A stretch of 64,000 nucleotides of DNA from Polyangiales bacterium (lineage in GTDB: Bacteria; Myxococcota_A; Polyangia; Polyangiales; Polyangiaceae), in contig JBBRLQ010000028.1 of the NCBI GenBank assembly GCA_038231275.1, positions 44,155 to 108,154 of the forward strand, written 5' to 3'. Both the position numbers and the translations under genes were made by a program. Below are positions 59,406-64,000 of the stretch, piece by piece. Numbering within the stretch: position 1 is the stretch's first letter; each line of letters begins with the position of its first letter. Under the pieces are notes generated by a model. The model was not told the origin of the DNA and made no database searches. It was given only the letters and a program-made list of their open reading frames with translations.

Positions 59406-61622
59406 ATGATTCGTCGCGCGCGCCACGTCGGTTTGGTTTCGGTCCTCGTGATGGCGTCATGCCTTCATGGCGTGGCGTGCACCTCCAGTGGCGAGGACAC
59501 GTCGCCCGCGTCGAGCGGCGCGCTGTCGTTGAGCATCGGAAGCGGCACGCTATCGCTGGCGGTGGGAGAGACCGTGGCCTTGCTCGCCGCACCCGTCTCG
59601 CCGGACGGCAGCTCCTTCACCGGCCTCTACACCCTCGAGTGGGCCAGCGCGGGCGCGTCGGTCGCGACGGTGACGCAGGCTGGCGTGGTCGTGGCCGTCG
59701 GCACGGGCACCACCAAGGTGACTGCGAAGGCGACGCGCATCGACACCGGGGCGTCGGCGACGGCGAGCGTCGACGTCGTCGTTGGTGGAGGATCGCCTCC
59801 GCCTCCTCCGCCGCCTCCTCCTCCTCCGTCCGGTGAGCAGCTTCGCGTCGACGTCTCGTCTCTCTGCTTGACGGCGGCGGCCGCGATCCAGAACGGCACG
59901 CGCATGATGCAATCGGACTGCGGCAACTCCGCGCTCGGCTTCACGGAATCGGCGGACGCGAGCGGCACCGAGCTTCGCGTGGCCGGCACGTCCTTCTGCG
60001 TCGATCTGCCGCAGGGGTCCGCCAACAACGGCGATCTTCTCCAGCTCCTCGCGTGCGACGGCTCACTTCATCAGCGCTTCTCGCCGATCCCCTACGCGAG
60101 CGGTCGTCGAGGCTTCAAGTCGGCGACGACGGGCAAGTGTCTGGACATCGTCGGCGCGACCACCGCCAAGGGGGCGCTCGTCCAACAATGGAGCTGTGGA
60201 GACACCGCGGAGCAGCGCTTCTCGACGGACGGCTCCAGCGGCGGCGGGGACGGCGGGCCCCCGAGCGGAGGCCCCAACGTCTCCGCGACGTTCACGCCCG
60301 ACACGACCACCGATTTTCCGAACCCCGAGCGCGGCTTCCACTACATCGCCGACTTGCCCTCCTCGGGTTGGGAGCAGTCGCTCCAGATCATCAAGGGGGA
60401 CGGGCTCCGCCTGGTGTTCGCCAGTTTGAACCTCCGCGACTACCGGACGCAGCCGATCGCGTCGAGCTTCCTCGCCGCGATCCAACAAGGCCTCGACGCC
60501 GCGCGGCGCTACGGCCTCAAGGTCGTCCTCGCCCCGATGTACGACTCGGTCGGCGCCGCCGACAACGACACGACGATCGACTGGGTGAAGGTGCACACCG
60601 GTCAGCTCAAGCCGCTCTGCGCGGCCAACGCCGACGTGATCGCCTACGTCCAGGCTGGTTTCGTCGGCATGTGGGGGGAGTGGCACGACTCCAGCTCGGG
60701 GCTCGATCTCAAGGACAACATGCGCGCCGTTCGCAACCTCGTCATGGACATGGTGCCGTCGCCCATCCCCGTTCAGTTCCCGAAAATCTGGGCGCTCCAG
60801 GAAGAGTGGTACCCGACCGTGCTTGGTCCGGGCGTGGCGTTCGACGGCTCGCCGCAGTCGCGCGCCGGCTTCAACAACATGTGCTTCATGGCAGGCAAGA
60901 ACGACTCGTACTACTTCCCCGGCCCGTGGAACCTGCTCGATCACCTCATCACCAAGTCCGAGGCAGAGGAGCGCGCCTACGCCGCCGCGCTCACCGAGTA
61001 CGCCGCCTTCGGCGGTGAGACGTGCGACAACCACCCGAGCGAAGAGCGTCTGTCGTGCTCGGGGAGCACCGACGGTGCGGGCAACCCGGGCGGCATCCTC
61101 GCCGAAGGCCCGCGGTACCACCTCGCGTACCTGAACCGGGGCTACTTCGACGGCTACATGAACACGTGGATCAACGAAGGGTGCTTCGACACCGTCTCGC
61201 GATCGATGGGCTACCGCTTCCAGCTCGACGCGGTGACGCACCAGAGCACGGCGCAGCCGGGTCAGACGGTCGACGTCGACGTGGCGATGCGCGACGTCGG
61301 CTGGTCGCGCATCTTCTCGGCGCGGAAGATGATGGTCACTCTCGTCAACGGGAACACCTCCATCACTGCAGAGAGCGTCGTCGATCTCCGCCAGCTCCCC
61401 TCGCAGGCGGCGAGCTCGAGCCACGTGCTCGCGCACGTATCCATCCCGGTGGGGACCGCGCCAGGGACCTATGCCGTCCACCTGTCGATGCCGGACGTCT
61501 ATCCCAGGACGGCGGGCGTCGCCGACTACGCGATTCGCCCCGCCAACGCGAACGCCGGGGGCCAGTCGTGGGACCCGAGCGCCGCGCGCTTCACGACAGG
61601 CACTTCGGTCACCGTGCAGTGA
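59406..61622 (+). CDS. Lipoprotein: Ig-like (Big_2) + poly-Pro + ricin-B lectin + DUF4874/DUF4832 glycoside-hydrolase-like domain
   Basis: Lipobox GVAC; GKCLDI..VQQWSC; FPNPERGF, GFVGMWGEWH, GGETC, MGYRF. Confidence 0.78.
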   Translation: MIRRARHVGLVSVLVMASCLHGVACTSSGEDTSPASSGALSLSIGSGTLSLAVGETVALLAAPVSPDGSSFTGLYTLEWASAGASVATVTQAGVVVAVGTGTTKVTAKATRIDTGASATASVDVVVGGGSPPPPPPPPPPPSGEQLRVDVSSLCLTAAAAIQNGTRMMQSDCGNSALGFTESADASGTELRVAGTSFCVDLPQGSANNGDLLQLLACDGSLHQRFSPIPYASGRRGFKSATTGKCLDIVGATTAKGALVQQWSCGDTAEQRFSTDGSSGGGDGGPPSGGPNVSATFTPDTTTDFPNPERGFHYIADLPSSGWEQSLQIIKGDGLRLVFASLNLRDYRTQPIASSFLAAIQQGLDAARRYGLKVVLAPMYDSVGAADNDTTIDWVKVHTGQLKPLCAANADVIAYVQAGFVGMWGEWHDSSSGLDLKDNMRAVRNLVMDMVPSPIPVQFPKIWALQEEWYPTVLGPGVAFDGSPQSRAGFNNMCFMAGKNDSYYFPGPWNLLDHLITKSEAEERAYAAALTEYAAFGGETCDNHPSEERLSCSGSTDGAGNPGGILAEGPRYHLAYLNRGYFDGYMNTWINEGCFDTVSRSMGYRFQLDAVTHQSTAQPGQTVDVDVAMRDVGWSRIFSARKMMVTLVNGNTSITAESVVDLRQLPSQAASSSHVLAHVSIPVGTAPGTYAVHLSMPDVYPRTAGVADYAIRPANANAGGQSWDPSAARFTTGTSVTVQ

Positions 61623-61632
61623 TCGCCGGCGC

Positions 61633-62853
61633 CTACTCCGCCGCCGCAAGCTCGGGCGCGCGCCGCGCCGCCGGATCGTCGGCCGCGAAGACGGTGCAGA
61701 AGATCACGAACGCTGCCCAGAGCGCGGCGAGATGGAGCAGCATCGGCGCGCCACCGAAGGCGCCGTAGATCAGGCTCGACACCGGCGGCCCGAGCAGCAT
61801 CCCCGCCGCGTAGAAGAAGTTGTAGACGCCGTTGGCGCGCGCGAGATCGGCCGGCGGCGTCACGATCCCCTGGAGCGCGAGGCTCACCGGCGAAATCGAC
61901 GCGAGCGTCGCGCCGGCGACGAAGACCGCCACGCACATCGGCGGGTACGATCGGAGCAGCGTGAAGCTGCAGATCATCGCGAGGCCGATCGCCGCGAGGA
62001 CACGCATTACGCGCAAGTGCCCAAGGCGATCGCCGACGCGCCCGGCGACGTTGGAGAAGAGGAGCATCCCTCCCGCGAAGAACGCCGGCACGAGGATCGT
62101 CTGCTCCTTGGTGATGCCCTTGGCCTCGACCAGGTAGAGCGGCAAGAAGAGGACGACCGAAGCCTGGAAGTAGCCGTACGCGAACGTGGCGAAGCAGGAG
62201 GTCTTGATGCGCGAGACGATCGCCCGCGCGCGCGGGGAGACCGGAGGTGCCCCAGCGTCGACGGTGGCGGCGGCCTCCGGCGGATCGCGATCGAGGCGGA
62301 GGAACACGACGATCGCGGCGGCCACGGCGAGCGCGCTCGATGCCACGAACGCGCGCTCGATCGACGACGCCGCGACGACGAGCTTCGCCGCGATGGGGCC
62401 GAGCACGTAGCCAACCGCGATCGCCATCGCGTAGAGGCTCGTCACCAGCGCCTTCTGCGAACGCTCGGCGCGCCGGAGGAGCACCGTCTCGCACGCCACC
62501 CACACGAAGACCGACGACGCGCCGTCGACGAACCGCGCGCCGGCGATCGCTGCGTACGAGGTGAGGTACGGGAACGCCGCCGCGCACGCCGCGTACACGA
62601 GGAGGCTCACCGCGAGCAGCGTCTTGGCAGAGAATCGCCGCAGGAGCGCGCCCGCCGGGAGCGAGAACGTGATGATCCCGCCCGCGAACCAGGCCGCGAA
62701 CGAGCCGATCTCCGGCTTCGAGAAGCCGCGCGCGTCGAGGTGGAGCGCGAGGAGCGACACGTAGACGCCGTACGCGACGCCGACGAGGAAGATGGTGGCG
62801 TAGACGACCCAGATGTTCCGGTCGCGGATGCGCATCCCCGCGCCGAGGCCCAT
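61633..62853 (-). CDS. MFS transporter
   Basis: About 12 TMs; GRVGDRLGHLR motif A; ARFVDG. Start at 62853 or 62835. Confidence 0.88.
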   Translation of the reverse strand: MGLGAGMRIRDRNIWVVYATIFLVGVAYGVYVSLLALHLDARGFSKPEIGSFAAWFAGGIITFSLPAGALLRRFSAKTLLAVSLLVYAACAAAFPYLTSYAAIAGARFVDGASSVFVWVACETVLLRRAERSQKALVTSLYAMAIAVGYVLGPIAAKLVVAASSIERAFVASSALAVAAAIVVFLRLDRDPPEAAATVDAGAPPVSPRARAIVSRIKTSCFATFAYGYFQASVVLFLPLYLVEAKGITKEQTILVPAFFAGGMLLFSNVAGRVGDRLGHLRVMRVLAAIGLAMICSFTLLRSYPPMCVAVFVAGATLASISPVSLALQGIVTPPADLARANGVYNFFYAAGMLLGPPVSSLIYGAFGGAPMLLHLAALWAAFVIFCTVFAADDPAARRAPELAAAE

Positions 62854-62855
62854 CG

Positions 62856-63080
62856 TCAGCACCCGGCCACGCAGCGCGCGTTGTCGTCTCCACAGCGTGA
62901 CTCGCAGCTGTTTTGGTACGTCTGCTTCACGGACAAACAGCTCGATTGGCACGCGCTCTCTTGCGCCGTGCACGAGCGCTCGCACGGCGACTGCCCGGGC
63001 GCGTCGGCGCCTCCTCCCGGCGCGCCGCCGCACGCGATGGAGAGGGCCACGACGATCGCGAGCACGAAGGCGTTGCGCAT
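62856..63080 (-). CDS. Small Cys-rich lipoprotein (4x CxxxC)
   Basis: Lipobox SIAC; CERSC-x6-CQSSC-x10-CESRC-x6-CVAGC. Confidence 0.7.
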   Translation of the reverse strand: MRNAFVLAIVVALSIACGGAPGGGADAPGQSPCERSCTAQESACQSSCLSVKQTYQNSCESRCGDDNARCVAGC

Positions 63081-63098
63081 GCGGCGCAATCTAGCCTT

Positions 63099-63920
63099 TC
63101 AAAGCCCGGTGCGGAAGCGAGCCCCGAGCGTGACCCACCCGTGGAGGGACGTTGCCGAGTCCGAGCCCGTATAGTGGCCGCCCGAGAGCTCCACGTAGGG
63201 TCCGACGCCGAGGTACGGCAGCGGTTTGTAATCGAGGCCCGCGAGGACGCTCGCCTCGAGCCCGTGGAGGCTGCCCGCGGAGTTGTCGGTGCTCGTGGCG
63301 TCGGACGTCGTCAAGCTGATGAGATCGTAGCCGAGCGCGACGCCGGCCCACGGCGTGAGCTGCTTGTCGGGCATGAAGTGGTAGTGCGCCGCGGCGCCGA
63401 AGCGCCATTGGCTCGCGTTGCAGATGACGGTGGCGTCGCCGCAGATGGAGGAGGCGTCGTTCCCGTTCGTCGCGAAGCCATACGAGACGTAGGCGCCGAG
63501 GTAGAGCTTGCGACTGAGAAAGTAGCCGGCCTCGATGCCGACCGGCACCGAGCTGGAGATGGCGTCGGAGAGCGCTCCTGCCTTCGCGTTGCCGAAGGGT
63601 GCGGCGTAGCCGAGCCGGAGTCCTGCGGAGAATCCGACCTCGGACGGCTCGCTGGGCGCGTCCGCCCGGTTGGCGTCGTCCGCGCCCGCGTCGATCGCCT
63701 CGGCGGCGGCCTCGCTCGGCGCGGCGTCCTCGACGACAACGCCCGCGTCGACCGTACCGATCGGCGCTTGCGCGTCTTCGGTTCCGACGACGTCGTTGCC
63801 CGCATCGCTTTGTGCGTCCGGCGAGTCGCCAGCGCCCAACGTCGCGGGCCCCGCGAACGCCGCGAGCGCGAGCGTTAGCGTCGCGACTGCGATGAAGAGG
63901 GAGAGTGTGACGTTCCGCAC
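63099..63920 (-). CDS. Outer-membrane beta-barrel protein (OmpA-like membrane domain)
   Basis: Signal peptide AFA; acidic linker; amphipathic strands GLRLGY..PWAGVALGY..HGWVTLGARF. Confidence 0.8.
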   Translation of the reverse strand: MRNVTLSLFIAVATLTLALAAFAGPATLGAGDSPDAQSDAGNDVVGTEDAQAPIGTVDAGVVVEDAAPSEAAAEAIDAGADDANRADAPSEPSEVGFSAGLRLGYAAPFGNAKAGALSDAISSSVPVGIEAGYFLSRKLYLGAYVSYGFATNGNDASSICGDATVICNASQWRFGAAAHYHFMPDKQLTPWAGVALGYDLISLTTSDATSTDNSAGSLHGLEASVLAGLDYKPLPYLGVGPYVELSGGHYTGSDSATSLHGWVTLGARFRTGL

Positions 63921-63933
63921 GGCCGCGCAGCCT

Positions 63934-63967
63934 AGAGCAACCGTTCCTGAGATGGAACGGTTGCTCT
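63934..63967. other. Perfect 14-bp inverted repeat upstream of the OMP gene
   Basis: AGAGCAACCGTTCC-TGAGAT-GGAACGGTTGCTCT. Confidence 0.75.
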
Positions 63968-64000
63968 CTTCTCCTAGTGGGTCGCTTCGGTCGCCTGGGC

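Noticed and set aside
57164..59836. 890-aa plus-strand ORF and similar long Arg/Ala-rich ORFs throughout the track
   Set aside because: They are antisense or off-frame to well-supported genes and have no protein motifs of their own.

Overview
High-GC window that reads like a myxobacterium (Polyangiaceae/Labilithrix-like). This is inferred from Glt-type outer-membrane barrels, an MXAN_5187-like protein, Ser/Thr kinases, an FHA-sigma54 activator and many lipoproteins with DAG/Pro-rich linkers. Housekeeping genes are yajC-secD-secF, mlaF/mlaD, hisS, tRNA-His, ftsY and a cystathionine gamma-lyase/synthase. The most notable features are: (1) a convergent hisS / tRNA-His pair in which the tRNA has no encoded G-1 and carries G1:U72 and A73, and the HisRS has the matching motif-2 loop (RNEKPGP) - the identity system known from one alphaproteobacterial clade, here in an apparently myxobacterial context; (2) next to it, a T6SS-type effector locus encoding a HEXXH protein with a partner, an Eag/DUF1795 chaperone, a prePAAR-TMD-PAAR-TMD effector ending in a RelA/SpoT-like synthetase domain, and a small Zn-ribbon candidate immunity protein; (3) three paralogous lipoproteins that share an Ig-like/Pro-linker chassis but end in different polysaccharide-attacking domains, with two sigma54 promoters sharing an upstream motif and an embedded FHA-EBP and Ser/Thr kinase; (4) a sigma54 two-component system facing a PPIase-HupE/UreJ-DUF3604 operon, with visible UAS and -24/-12 boxes; (5) a cusCBA-type efflux operon preceded by a Cys/Pro-rich candidate regulatory leader ORF. 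All family assignments come from reading motifs by eye; no database searches were run. Many start codons were moved downstream of the ORF-track starts.
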